Part shown: positions 17,553 through 28,100 of the stretch, piece after piece
How the letters are laid out: every line of letters starts with the position of its first letter
How positions within the stretch are numbered: the stretch's first letter is position 1
DNA from: Planctomycetota bacterium
GTDB taxonomy: Bacteria > Planctomycetota > Phycisphaerae > WQYP01
Length of the DNA: 64,000 nt
Assembly (NCBI GenBank): GCA_021851715.1
Contig: JAJZCR010000004.1
Location: 8,703 to 72,702 of the forward strand
Direction of reading: 5' to 3'
Made by a program: the position numbers and the translations under genes
Notes under the pieces: generated by a model
What the model was told of the DNA's origin: nothing
Seen by the model: the letters and a program-made list of their open reading frames with translations, nothing else
The model's database searches: none

Positions 17553-18533
17553 TCAGCGTGGTACCGGGCCGGCGTGGGGGTCGCGGCATAAATTGCCGGG
17601 TGGATTGAGAGCGTCAACGGCTTTAAGTTCTTCCGGGGTTAACTGCACCGTCAGAGCCGCCATGTTATCCTGCAACTGGGCCAGCGTGCGCGGGCCGATG
17701 ATGGGGCAGGTGACGCCGGGCACGTGGAGGCACCAAGCGATGGCGAATTGACTGCTGGAGATGCCTTTGGCGTCGGCGAGCTTGTCGAGAGCTTCCATCA
17801 GCGGCCATTGGCTGGCGGGAAAATCGGTCTTCTGCTGGGCGTGGTACCAGGTGCCTTGGGGAATTTTGCGGCCACCGCGTGTATACGTACCGGCCAGGCG
17901 ACCACGGGCCAGCGGTGCCCAGGTGATGGTGGCGAGTTCATATTTGCGGCAGAACGGAAGGACCTCGGCTTCAATTCGCCGGTCAATGATGTTGAATTGC
18001 GGTTGTTCCACATCAAAGCGGGCGGTGCCCAATTGCCGGGCGATGAAGTGGGCTTCGGCCAACTGCCAGGCGGCAAAGACGCTGCTGGCCAGATACAGAA
18101 CTTTGCCCTGCCGCACCAGATCATCCAAGGCGCGCAGGGTTTGGTCGATGGGGGTGTCCGGATCGGGGCGGTGAATGTGATAAACATCAATGCGTTCGGT
18201 GCGCAGCCGCCGAAGCGAATTTTCCACTTCGCGCACAATGTGCCAACGATGATTGCCGGCGTCATTGACATACGCGGATCGTCGGCCGTGCACCTTGGTG
18301 GAAAGCACGATTTGATCGCGTTTATGGGTGTCCGCCATCCATCGTCCGATGATTTCCTCGGATCGTCCGTCGTTATAGACGTTGGCGGTGTCAATGAAAT
18401 TGCCGCCCGCGGCAACGTAACCATCGAGAATTCGCCGCGATTCGGTTTCGTCACTGCGCCCGCCGAAGTTCATGGTGCCCAGGCAAAGCGGCGTCACTTT
18501 GACCCCAGTTCGGCCTAAAATACGGTATTGCAT
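17553..18533 (-). CDS. Aldo/keto reductase family oxidoreductase
   Basis: MQYRILGRTGVKVTPLCLGTMNFGG...IDTANVY...LSTK is the typical AKR N-terminus. An AGGAGG SD lies upstream of the ATG at 18533. Confidence 0.9.
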   Translation of the reverse strand: MQYRILGRTGVKVTPLCLGTMNFGGRSDETESRRILDGYVAAGGNFIDTANVYNDGRSEEIIGRWMADTHKRDQIVLSTKVHGRRSAYVNDAGNHRWHIVREVENSLRRLRTERIDVYHIHRPDPDTPIDQTLRALDDLVRQGKVLYLASSVFAAWQLAEAHFIARQLGTARFDVEQPQFNIIDRRIEAEVLPFCRKYELATITWAPLARGRLAGTYTRGGRKIPQGTWYHAQQKTDFPASQWPLMEALDKLADAKGISSSQFAIAWCLHVPGVTCPIIGPRTLAQLQDNMAALTVQLTPEELKAVDALNPPGNLCRDPHAGPVPR

Positions 18534-18699
18534 GGTGGCCTCCTGTATTGATTGCCGTCAATACTATAGCGGCCGTTCGCCGCGGGGGCAAGCCGGCTGG
18601 GGCCATGCTTACCCCGGGGCCACATGGCCTCCCCGGCGGGACGTGCCGTAGCCCGCCCCGGCGGTTATAATGAGATTGGTTTAACTGGTTTGGAGCCGC

Positions 18700-19479
18700 A
18701 TGAACACACCCCCAGCATCTTCACCGGTCCCGCCGTCATCGTGGGATCCCTTGAGTTTGAGCAATCCGCATGCCGTGGCGGATAAGGCGGGCCGGGTGTG
18801 CGCGATGTTTTCAGCCATCGCCTGTTCCTATGATTTGAACAACCATTTACATTCGCTGTGGATTGACCATTATTGGCGCCGCGCGGCGGTGCGCATGGCC
18901 GGGGTGAAGTCCACGGATGTGGTGGCGGATATCGCCTGCGGCACGGGAGACTTGTCGCTGGCGTTTTTGAAAGCCGGTCCGAAACGGGTGATTGGGATCG
19001 ACTTTTGCCATGCAATGCTGCAGGGTGCCTGCCGGAAGATGCCGACGGGCGAGGCGGCTGCGAGGCTCTCTTTTCAGGAAGGGGATGCCTTGCGGTTGCC
19101 GCTGGCGGACCAAAGTGTGGATATCGCTTCCATTGCGTTTGGCATCCGCAATGTTGCCGACTGGCAGGGCTGCCTGCGGGAATTTCACCGCATTTTACGT
19201 CCCGGCGGGCGGTTGATCATCTTGGAATTTTCGCTGCCGCGCCATGCACTTCCGCGGGCCCTGTATAATTTTTATTTTCGGCGGGTAATTCCCTGCACCG
19301 CCACGCTGATCAGTCGCGATCGCACCGGGGCATACCGTTATCTGCCGCGCAGCGTGAGCACCTTTATCACCCCCCAGCAGATGACCAGCGGCATGCTGCA
19401 GGCGGGTTTTTCGCATGTGGCGGCCCGCTCGCTTACCTTTGGCATCAGCGTTTGTTACCGCGGGGTGCGGGGTGGCTAA
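18700..19479 (+). CDS. ubiE: Demethylmenaquinone / ubiquinone C-methyltransferase (UbiE/MenG family)
   Basis: YDLNNHLHSLWIDHYWRR is the UbiE signature and DIACGTGDLSLAF is the SAM motif. A GGAG lies upstream of ATG 18700. Confidence 0.9.
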   Translation: MNTPPASSPVPPSSWDPLSLSNPHAVADKAGRVCAMFSAIACSYDLNNHLHSLWIDHYWRRAAVRMAGVKSTDVVADIACGTGDLSLAFLKAGPKRVIGIDFCHAMLQGACRKMPTGEAAARLSFQEGDALRLPLADQSVDIASIAFGIRNVADWQGCLREFHRILRPGGRLIILEFSLPRHALPRALYNFYFRRVIPCTATLISRDRTGAYRYLPRSVSTFITPQQMTSGMLQAGFSHVAARSLTFGISVCYRGVRGG

Positions 19480-19558
19480 ACCTCGGCCAGCGCAGCGACC
19501 GGGACGGCGCGGGGGCCGGTTGGTCCCTGTGGAAGCGGTTGGCGATCAGTCGAAATTC

Positions 19559-19849
19559 ATGCGGCGCATTGTGTGCTGTTCCTGGTGGTGCCGGCGCTGC
19601 GGCCAAAGCATCGGATCGGAAAACGTGGCCTTGTACTGCCATAAACTGCCGGATGTGGTGAAAGGGTCGGGATTTTTCGCGGGGATGGCCCTGCTCGACC
19701 ATCTGCGGGATTGCCAGGGGCATGATTTTGGCCCGGAGCTGCGAGCCTCGTTGGGAACGGATTTTTTGAATCATCCGCGGATTTGGGAATGGTTTCATGA
19801 ACATGCCCGCCGGGAATCGCGGTTGCTGGCGGAAGAGCCGGTGGAATAG
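19559..19849 (+). CDS. Small hypothetical protein (96 aa) with a Cys-rich N-terminus, between ubiE and ubiX
   Basis: The ORF ends with TAG immediately before the ubiX ORF. Its codon usage is host-like (CTG, GAT, TTT, AAA). The sequence is MRRIVCCSWWCRRCGQ... followed by an acidic/His-rich tail. The opposite-strand ORF 19445-19876 is R/H/P-rich and looks like a shadow. No homology was recognised. Confidence 0.35.
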   Translation: MRRIVCCSWWCRRCGQSIGSENVALYCHKLPDVVKGSGFFAGMALLDHLRDCQGHDFGPELRASLGTDFLNHPRIWEWFHEHARRESRLLAEEPVE

Positions 19850-19867
19850 ATGCCGGCGTGTGAGGTA

Positions 19868-20566
19868 ATGATGCACTTTGAAAAGACAGTGGTTGTGGCC
19901 ATATCCGGGGCGTCCGGGGCCGTTTATGCGCGTAGAATTCTCCAGGGCCTCACCGCCGGCGGCGTGCGCAGCTACGTGGTAATTTCACCGGCAGGTCGGC
20001 GGCTTTTGCATGATGAACTGGGGCTGGAACAGCCCACCCCGGGGGCCATTTTGGGACCAGACGTGGTGCCCGCAGAAGGTCAAATCATCCCGCTGGCCTA
20101 CCAGGATATCGGAGCGTGCATTGCGTCGGGTTCATTTAACCACCAGGGAATGGTGGTCGTGCCGTGTTCAAGCAATAAACTTGCTCAAATCGCGCATGGC
20201 CTGTCGGAAAATCTTATCAGCCGGGCGGCCCAGGTGACGCTGAAGGAACGCCGCCGGCTGGTGTTGGTGCACCGCGAGATGCCGCTGGGGCTGGTGGAAT
20301 TGCGCAACATGGTTTTGGCCACGGAGGCGGGTGCGGTGGTATGTCCGGCGAGCCCGGGGTTTTATTTGAATCCGCAGTCAATCGATGACCTGGTGGACAC
20401 GGTGGCGGGTCGCGTGCTGGACTTTTTTGGTATTGAGCATACATGGAATACGCGCTGGCTGGGGGCGGGAACGCGAAAGACCGGCACCGCAGCGCCGCAT
20501 CCTGCAGATGCCAGCAGGGGCTCGCACGGCAGCAGCGGCTTGGCAGACGCAAACAAGCCGGCCTGA
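19868..20566 (+). CDS. ubiX: Flavin prenyltransferase UbiX
   Basis: VVVAISGASGAVYARRIL and SGSFNHQGMVVVPCSSNKLAQIAHG are canonical UbiX/Pad1 motifs. There is a ~40-aa C-terminal extension. The start is one of the ATGs at 19850, 19868 or 19871. Confidence 0.9.
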   Translation: MMHFEKTVVVAISGASGAVYARRILQGLTAGGVRSYVVISPAGRRLLHDELGLEQPTPGAILGPDVVPAEGQIIPLAYQDIGACIASGSFNHQGMVVVPCSSNKLAQIAHGLSENLISRAAQVTLKERRRLVLVHREMPLGLVELRNMVLATEAGAVVCPASPGFYLNPQSIDDLVDTVAGRVLDFFGIEHTWNTRWLGAGTRKTGTAAPHPADASRGSHGSSGLADANKPA

Positions 20567-20665
20567 ATGGCTTTGGCTCGGGCACTGTACAGTAGATCGG
20601 AATACAACGCGGCAGCCCGGGCGGCGATGGATTGATTTTTCACAGGTTTATTGGAATCGGCGCAG

Positions 20666-21655
20666 ATGAGCACCACAGGCACGGGACAAAACCAGCCCGC
20701 GGATTTACCATCAGTGGTTGGCTTGGGTATGGCGAAAAAGCCAACCGGATGGTTGGGGCGGGTGGTAGTATTTTTGGACCTGATAAAATTTTCGCACTCG
20801 ATTTTCGCGTTGCCCTTTGCCCTGATCGCCACATTTCTGGCCTCCCGGACCGTCGGGCTGATGTGGCCGGGCTGGCTGCGTCTGGGATTGATTGTTGCGT
20901 GCATGGTCCTGGCCCGGACGTTTGCGATGACGTTTAACCGGCTGGCGGACCGGCACATCGACGCCCGCAACCCGCGCACGGAAAACAGGCCCAGCGTCCG
21001 CGGCGAGATATCGCCGGCTTTTATGGTTCTCGTGCTGGCGATCAGCGGGGCGCTGTTTGTGCTTGCCACGGGCCTTTTTTACACACTGCTGGGAAACGCC
21101 TATCCCGTGAGTCTGGCCCTGCCAGTGCTGACGTTTATCGCGTTTTACAGCTTCACCAAGCGCTTTACATGGCTTTGCCATTTTTTTATCGGTGCCTCGC
21201 TCATGCTCGCTCCACTCAGCGCCTGGGTGGCCATTGTGCCGCCGCGGGGGCCGGTCCTTGGCTGGCAGGTGATATTTTTGGGCGTGGGCGTACTTTTTTG
21301 GACGGCGGGCTTTGATATTCTCTATGCCCTGCAGGATCAGGCGGTGGACCGGCGAGAGCGACTCTTTTCAATTCCGGCCCGGGCTGGGGCGGCCACGGCG
21401 TTATGGATATCCCGCCTTTGTCATCTGCTGACCATTCTGGCGCTGGCGGCATTTGGAGCCGGCATCGGGGGTGGCATGCGGCTGGGCATCACGTATTGGA
21501 TCGGTTTGGCCGCGGTCGCAGCGTTGTTGGCCATCGAGCAGTCCCTGGTAAAGGCCGATGATATTTCCAGGATCAACCTGGCCTTTATGACCATCAACGG
21601 CCTGGTGGGAGTGGTATTCGGCATTTTATCCATTGCGGCGATTCTGTGGACTTGA
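20666..21655 (+). CDS. UbiA-family aromatic prenyltransferase (4-hydroxybenzoate polyprenyltransferase / MqnP-like)
   Basis: The Asp-rich motif is NRLADRHIDARNPRT and the protein has multiple TM helices. Possible starts are TTG 20651, ATG 20666 and ATG 20729. Confidence 0.85.
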   Translation: MSTTGTGQNQPADLPSVVGLGMAKKPTGWLGRVVVFLDLIKFSHSIFALPFALIATFLASRTVGLMWPGWLRLGLIVACMVLARTFAMTFNRLADRHIDARNPRTENRPSVRGEISPAFMVLVLAISGALFVLATGLFYTLLGNAYPVSLALPVLTFIAFYSFTKRFTWLCHFFIGASLMLAPLSAWVAIVPPRGPVLGWQVIFLGVGVLFWTAGFDILYALQDQAVDRRERLFSIPARAGAATALWISRLCHLLTILALAAFGAGIGGGMRLGITYWIGLAAVAALLAIEQSLVKADDISRINLAFMTINGLVGVVFGILSIAAILWT

Positions 21656-21929
21656 ACCTCCCCTGTATCGCCACCACCGACGCCTGCCCGGAAGCATGGC
21701 CTTATGATGCCCGCGGCATTGTCCGGACAACACCCTTAACTCCACAACATATATAACCTTATAACATGGAAGGGGTGCAGTTTTTCAGGTACACATTTAT
21801 CGGATTCATGATGAAGCCTTCATGGATTCCTAGCGCTGATGGCCATAATGCCTCCTGTATTCACCGGCTCGGTGTAGGGTCGTGTGGATTTCAGGACAAG
21901 GGAAGGCTGCTGTAAAAAAGGAGAAAAAA

Positions 21930-23420
21930 ATGGCAGACCAAACATCCATCGGCAGAGCTAAAGGACGCCTTATGTTGGCGTCTTTGGTAGCTCAACTGGC
22001 GCTGGCCACGGTAGCGTGGGCTGGAACTCCGACCAATTCAGTGGTTCCGGCCGCAGCCGGCGCGACCGCCACCCAAAGCGACACCGTGGCCCAGTTGCAG
22101 AAGGAAATTGAGTCGCTCAAGTCCGCGGTTAACACGCTCAAGGCCCATCAGGATTCCGCGTGGATGGCCAAACAGCGGGCGGCTGAAGTGCGGGCCATCG
22201 TGGAAAGCACGCTGAAAGAATCGAAAAAGGAATCCCAGTATCTGGATAATCCGATTCAGGCGGGCTATGACAACGGCTTTTTCATCCGCAGTGCCGATAA
22301 AGATTTTCAACTGAACATCAACGGCTACTTGCAGTTCCGGTATAGCTATGCCGCCGCCGGCACCGCCAGCACGCCCGCCGGAGCCAGCAGCGCTCATAAG
22401 AACTACAGCGGATTTAACTTTCGCCGGGCCCGGCTGATTCTCTCGGGCAATGCGTTCCAGAATTTCATCTACTGCATCTCCGGTGACTTTCAAACCGGTA
22501 TCAGCGGGGCATCGGCCGGCAGCAACAACGCCTTTGCCATCCTCGATACATGGGCCGGGTATAAGTTCAGCCCCATGTTTGTGGTGCGGGCCGGTTCCAT
22601 GCTGGTGCCGTTTACCCATGTAGAATACTTCTCATCTGGAACGGAATTTCCGGATTTTGCGGTGGTGGAAGCCCCGTTCGACCCGGTACGATCTGATGCC
22701 GTGGACTTGGATGGCACTCTCATTACCCATAAACTCAATTACGAAATCCAGGTGAACAACGGCTCCACCTCCCAGGATAACGGTGCCGTGGGCCCAGGCG
22801 GCCACTTTGGCAACCGGATGGGCGTTTATGGCCGTGTCAATTTCGCAGGTGCTGGAAAGATTTCAGATTTCAACGACTCCCCAGATGTCGAAGATAACCA
22901 GCACTTTGTGTGGTTGCTTGGTGCCGCTGCGGGTTATGAATCGCAGAATTCAGCACTTCAGCAGACCACCAGCAATCCCGGCTTGCCCACCACCGCCGGA
23001 AATTTCGCTTCTTACACGCTAAACGGCGGCCTGGTACGCGCCACTGTTGACGCTCACGCCAAGTACCGCGGCTTCTCGTTCAACAGTGCGGTGTATTACC
23101 AGCACTACGACAATACGCCGGTGGCTACCTTCGGCTACAGCTCACTTGGAGAACTGGGTTACTACGGCGAAGTAGGCTATTTCCTGGTGCCGCATAAGTG
23201 GGAAATTGCCGGTCGCGCCGGTGAGTTGCTCTTCAGCCACACCGGTCAGCACATGTACGAAGGAACGCTCGGTCTGAATTACTACATCTTCGGTGAAAAC
23301 GCCAAGATTCAGACCGCGGTTACCTACGTCAACAATGCCGCCTATACCAATACCAACTTGGGCACCACGGCTGGCACCAACGACTGGATCGGCCAGGTAC
23401 AGTTCCAGTTCAAGTTTTAA
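21930..23420 (+). CDS. Outer-membrane porin, phosphate-selective porin O/P-like
   Basis: An AAGGAG SD precedes ATG 21930. It has a signal peptide ending ATVAWA and an N-terminal coiled coil (LQKEIESLKSAVNTLKA). GYDNGFFIRSADKDFQLNINGYLQFRY is typical of OprO/P porins. The C-terminus QFQFKF ends in Phe. Confidence 0.7.
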   Translation: MADQTSIGRAKGRLMLASLVAQLALATVAWAGTPTNSVVPAAAGATATQSDTVAQLQKEIESLKSAVNTLKAHQDSAWMAKQRAAEVRAIVESTLKESKKESQYLDNPIQAGYDNGFFIRSADKDFQLNINGYLQFRYSYAAAGTASTPAGASSAHKNYSGFNFRRARLILSGNAFQNFIYCISGDFQTGISGASAGSNNAFAILDTWAGYKFSPMFVVRAGSMLVPFTHVEYFSSGTEFPDFAVVEAPFDPVRSDAVDLDGTLITHKLNYEIQVNNGSTSQDNGAVGPGGHFGNRMGVYGRVNFAGAGKISDFNDSPDVEDNQHFVWLLGAAAGYESQNSALQQTTSNPGLPTTAGNFASYTLNGGLVRATVDAHAKYRGFSFNSAVYYQHYDNTPVATFGYSSLGELGYYGEVGYFLVPHKWEIAGRAGELLFSHTGQHMYEGTLGLNYYIFGENAKIQTAVTYVNNAAYTNTNLGTTAGTNDWIGQVQFQFKF

Positions 23421-23452
23421 CAACCGCAAAAAGGTTATGGGTTTTGAACGCT

Positions 23453-23486
23453 GGGGCGGGCCAAAAAGGCCCGCCCCTTTCTGTTT
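23453..23486 (+). terminator. Rho-independent terminator downstream of the porin gene
   Basis: A perfect 10-bp GC-rich stem, GGGGCGGGCC (23453-23462) / GGCCCGCCCC (23468-23477), has an AAAAA loop and is followed by TTTCTGTTT. Confidence 0.75.
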
Positions 23487-23629
23487 ACAGCGTTACCAAG
23501 TCTCGTAACCAGGACCAATCGAGCCAACTGCAACCAAACGTCCGTGCAATCGTGTAGTTATGTGGGGGCCTTGCAGACCCTGGAATGGCCCGGGGATTTG
23601 CACGCGCCGTGCAAGGAAGGCAGACTGGT

Positions 23630-24622
23630 ATGACGTGGGAAAAACAGACGGTGGTAGTGGTTTTGGGTACGCCGCGCAGCGGCACCAGTGCCCTGACCCG
23701 AATGTTGCCGGTGTTTGGGATTAAGCTCGGCGACGACCTGGTAAGGCCCAATTTGAATAATCCGTCCGGATTTTGGGAAGATGTACCTACGCAGCGCATC
23801 AATACCAGGTTGTTGGAGCTGGCAGGCCGCCATTTGGGCTGGCCGGTATGCCGGCGGGAAGTGGTGGAATCCGCAGAAGAGTACGCTGGATTGCTGCAAG
23901 AAGCCAAAAGTTTACTAAAGAATAAATTCGCAGATGAAAACGTTTGGGCCTTCAAGGACCCACGGGCCAACCGGCTGCTTTTTTTCTGGCAGCGGGTATT
24001 TGCGGATTTGAATTATCAAGATCGCTATATGCTCGCTTTGCGCAATCCCGCCAGTGTGGCCCAGTCACTCTTGGTTTCGTCAGGTCTCAAACTCGCAACG
24101 GGCCTGGCCTTGTGGCTGGAGTGTACAGTGCAAGCTGTGCAGGACACCCTTGGAAAACCCCTGGTGGTTGTTGCTTACGAGCGGCTGTTGGCCGACACCC
24201 GCCGGGAAATCCTGCGGGTTGCCCGCGGACTGGCGATGACCTGGCGGTTGGTGGAGGATGAGATGGTTTATTATGAACGGCAATTCATCGATACTTCGCT
24301 GCGGCATGTGGAGTATTCCCGAGCGGAGTTGACGCGACTGACCAAAATGTTGCCATTGGCTCTGGACGTGTACAATCTGCTAAGCCAGCGAGCCGCCGAT
24401 GAGATCTGCGATGATGAGTTCCGGCAACGATGGGATGCGTTGTATGCCCGATACAAGGTGGAATACCCGGCCTTTGTTGCCGCCAATTCGTGGCTGGGAG
24501 ACCGGCATGCGATATCGGTGGCCGACGTGCGCCGCATATATTGGCGGATTTCGTACCATGGATCGGCGGAAATATGGCGATTGGCCAGACGGGCTGTGGG
24601 CAAGGTGCTGATGGAAGCGTAA
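23630..24622 (+). CDS. Sulfotransferase-family protein
   Basis: The PAPS 5'-phosphosulfate-binding loop is VVLGTPRSGTSALTRML. An AAGGAAGG SD lies upstream of ATG 23630, and ATG 23585 is an alternative start. Confidence 0.6.
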   Translation: MTWEKQTVVVVLGTPRSGTSALTRMLPVFGIKLGDDLVRPNLNNPSGFWEDVPTQRINTRLLELAGRHLGWPVCRREVVESAEEYAGLLQEAKSLLKNKFADENVWAFKDPRANRLLFFWQRVFADLNYQDRYMLALRNPASVAQSLLVSSGLKLATGLALWLECTVQAVQDTLGKPLVVVAYERLLADTRREILRVARGLAMTWRLVEDEMVYYERQFIDTSLRHVEYSRAELTRLTKMLPLALDVYNLLSQRAADEICDDEFRQRWDALYARYKVEYPAFVAANSWLGDRHAISVADVRRIYWRISYHGSAEIWRLARRAVGKVLMEA

Positions 24623-24815
24623 AACGGCTACCACGCTGTACAGTCTGCCGCAGCTTTAAGCCATTCTCAAAAGCAAGGCCAGTGTAAAAACCTCATCGCT
24701 TGATCCCGATGATTCCGAAGGTGTCTTTTTCAATCCGACGGCGCGGCCGGGTTGAGACAGTGACGGCTGGTGGATTTTCAGGTGAATTGCGACTAGGATA
24801 CCGGCTCGAAGCTAC

Positions 24816-24897
24816 GCGGGCGTGGCGGAATTGGCAGACGCGCCAGATTCAGGTTCTGGTATCGCAAGATGTGGAGGTTCGACTCCTCTCGCCCGCA
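24816..24897 (+). tRNA. tRNA-Leu (anticodon CAG), type II with long variable arm
   Basis: I folded it by hand. The acceptor stem is GCGGGCG/CGCCCGC with discriminator A, and the D-stem is GCG/CGC with a GG-containing loop. The anticodon stem is CCAGA/TCTGG with loop TT-CAG-GT. The variable arm is ATC-GCAA-GAT, and the T-arm is GGAGG-TTCGACT-CCTCT. No CCA is encoded. Confidence 0.9.
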
Positions 24898-25134
24898 TAT
24901 AAATCCTGCCCATCCAAGAATATATGATCAGGCTTCCACAGCCTCCATGGCAAGTGCCGCCCCGTGCGGGCCAGCCGCCGGCGGCGAACCCACTTCCTTC
25001 AGCCCGATAATAACTGCAATGCTCCATCAGTTCCGAGTGTTTTTGTAGCCGTCCGCAGGCCTGCCGGCATCCATTGCCTCAAACTCAGGTTTATTCACCC
25101 ATGTGCCGATAAATCAGGTGAGGTTTGGGAATAC

Positions 25135-28100
25135 ATGCAACAATTGCTCAGAGGTCTCCAACACCGACTGATCCAATCCAGGGCGGTTCTTCTGGTCGGG
25201 TGTGCCATTGCCTTGGCCATTGCGGTACCGGCCATCCAATACTACTTTACGCAAGCGGAACAAATAAGATCGGCTAAGCGCGAATTAAGCTGGGCTGTTT
25301 ACGTGCGGCCTTTAATCCCCTTGATGCAGTTGCTGCAACTGCATGAGCGCAACCTGTTGCAGGCCCGGAACGGTGACCAGGCCGCCGCCGTGCACCTGAA
25401 TCAGATTGCCGCGCGGATCAATCATAAAATCCAGAGTTTCAATCCCATCAACCAGAAGCTCGCCGCCCAGTTGCATATCAATGCCCGTTGGAATATCTTC
25501 ACGCATGATTGGCGGAATATACTTGCCAATCAAAATGTGTTCACCAAGTCAGACTTCCGCCAGCGCTACGCGGCACTGCGAACCAACTTGTGGACCACCA
25601 TTGTGCGCGGTGCGGAGAGCGCCCAGGTGCTGTCCCAGGACAGTCCTGCCACTCTCTATCAGATCAATGTGCTGCGCATGCAAATTCCGGCCATCCTGGT
25701 ACGGCTGACCGTATTACAGAATCTGATTCTCACCTTGCCTCCGGACCATGGTGCTTCGCCAACACGCATGCATGAACTGCGGCAGGTGATCGATCAGCTC
25801 GAGGCGGCGGCATTTACCACGCGCAGCGACCTGGTGCATACGCTGGCCCTGCAGGCCACGCAACCGCATGACTTTACCAGGGGGCTGGACCAGTTGATCG
25901 TGAACACTCGGGCCATACGTCAATGGAGCCGGAACGCGGGCTACCAGTTTGCCAAACGCGACCAACGAGCCATGATGCTCAAACAATTGTCGGATGCCGC
26001 CCTGAATGCACGCCGGGTGTATGAAGCCTGCGCCCGGAATCTGGCCCAAAGCACGCAAGATCGCGTTACGTATTTGCAATGGCGTTTCTTTATTTCGCTG
26101 GCCATCACGCTGATTGTAGCCGTGAGTGTGCTGCTTTTATTTCTGGCCATGTATCATTCCATGAAAACGGCGATGGCCGAACAGGTGGGCGCGCAGCGCA
26201 ATCTGCGCCGGGCCAACAACCTCTATGCCGCCCTGAGCCAGACCAATGAACTCATCGCCCGCCATTGTGAACCGGACAAGCTGTTCACCCAGATCTGTGA
26301 AATCGCCGTGAAGTATGGTGGATTTGCGCTGGCCCTGATTGCCGAAAAGGATCCGGCCAGTGGCAAAATTGCCATCGTCGCCGCGCACGGCGACCTGCGT
26401 GAACATCTGCGTGATTTTCTGGATACCACGCATCCCGAACTTATGTCTGCGTCCAATCCCATCATCCGGGCTTTTACCATTGACGAGCCGGTGGTGAATA
26501 ATCATCTCAAGGCCGTATCCGACGTGGATATGGCGGCCACATTTGGAACCATGGGCCTGAATTCGGCGGCGATTTTCCCATTGCGCCGCAACGGAAAAAC
26601 CACTGCGGTATTGGCCGTTTACGCGTTAGCCGAAAACTTTTTTGATTCGCAGGTCAGCGGACTGCTCATTGAAATGTCGCACGGGATTTCTTTTGCGCTG
26701 GACGATATGGAACGTGAAAAGCACCGCCGCAACACTGAACAGGCCCTGCGCGATTCAGAACTGCGTTACCACCTGATTATGGAAAGTGCCGGAGATGCCA
26801 TTATTTTGATGGATGACACCGGCCGTATTATTGACCTGAATCGACGCGCTGCGGAACAATTCGGCTATACGCGATCGGAAATGCAGGAGTGTCACGGCGA
26901 GATACTGTTTCCCAGGGAAATTCGGCCGGAATGCATGCTGCGGCAAAAGGGCGTGCTGGAAAGCGGCCAGAGCATCAATACCACCGTCATGGCGGTGCGC
27001 AAGGATACCACCACATTCCCGGTGGAACTGGCTGAGTCCCGCGTGGTGTTTCAGGGGAATCCCCTCCTGCTGGGCATTTTTCGCGACATCAGCGAACGCA
27101 AACTCGCCGAAGACCGCATCCGCTACCTGGCCTATCATGATGCCCTGACTGATCTGCCCAATCGCATGTTGCTGAACGACCGGCTCGGACAAACCATCCG
27201 CCATGCCCGCCGGCACGACCAGATGGTAGGGGTGATTTTTCTGGATCTGGATAACTTCAAAAACGTCAATGATACATTGGGCCATGACAGCGGCGACGAT
27301 CTGCTGAAGATGGCGGCCCATCGCATCAAATCCAGCCTGCGCGAGGCGGACACGGTGGCCCGCCTGGGTGGCGATGAATTTGTGGTGCTTTTACCCGAGG
27401 TTCCATCCGAAGCGGAAGTCAACCGGGTGGCGGAAAAAATCCTGGAATCCATGAATGTGCCGTTCGTAATTTCCGGCCACACCTTCCATGTTACGTGCAG
27501 TATGGGCCTGAGTCTGTTTCCGCGCGATGGCGCGGATTGCAGCGACCTGCTGCGTAACGCGGATGAAGCCCTCTACCGGGCCAAGAAAGACGGGCGCAAT
27601 TGCGTGGCCATTCATTCCCCCGAACTGCATGCCGCCACGGTTGAAAATCTCTGGATGGAAAATGATCTGCGGCTGGCCTTGACCCGGGATGAACTGTCCA
27701 TGCACTATCAGCCGCAGGTGGATCTGAATTCCGGGCGCATTATCGGTGCGGAGGCCCTGCTGCGCTGGCAACATCCGACGCGCGGGCTGATTTCTCCCGC
27801 TAAGTTTATTCCGCTGGCGGAAGACAAAGGCCTGATGCCCGTACTGGGTGAATGGATTCTTAAAACTGCATGCAATCAAATCCGGCTCTGGCAAGATGCC
27901 GGGTTGCCCGTCGTGCCGGTGGCCGTGAACCTCTCCGCGCTGCAATGCCGCGAGCCTAGCCTGCCGGACACCGTACGTCGTGTTCTTAAGAATTCCGGCG
28001 TCGACCCGACGCTGCTGGAACTGGAAATTACCGAAGGCACCCTGATGGCCCAGACCGATGTGCTGTGCAATCGGATGGTGGAAATCAAAAAAACCGGCAT

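Noticed and set aside
24816-25134. tRNA-Leu as a possible integration site for a mobile element
   Set aside because: There is no integrase, no repeat of the tRNA 3' end that I could spot, and the flanking genes (sulfotransferase, GGDEF-EAL sensor) have host-like composition.
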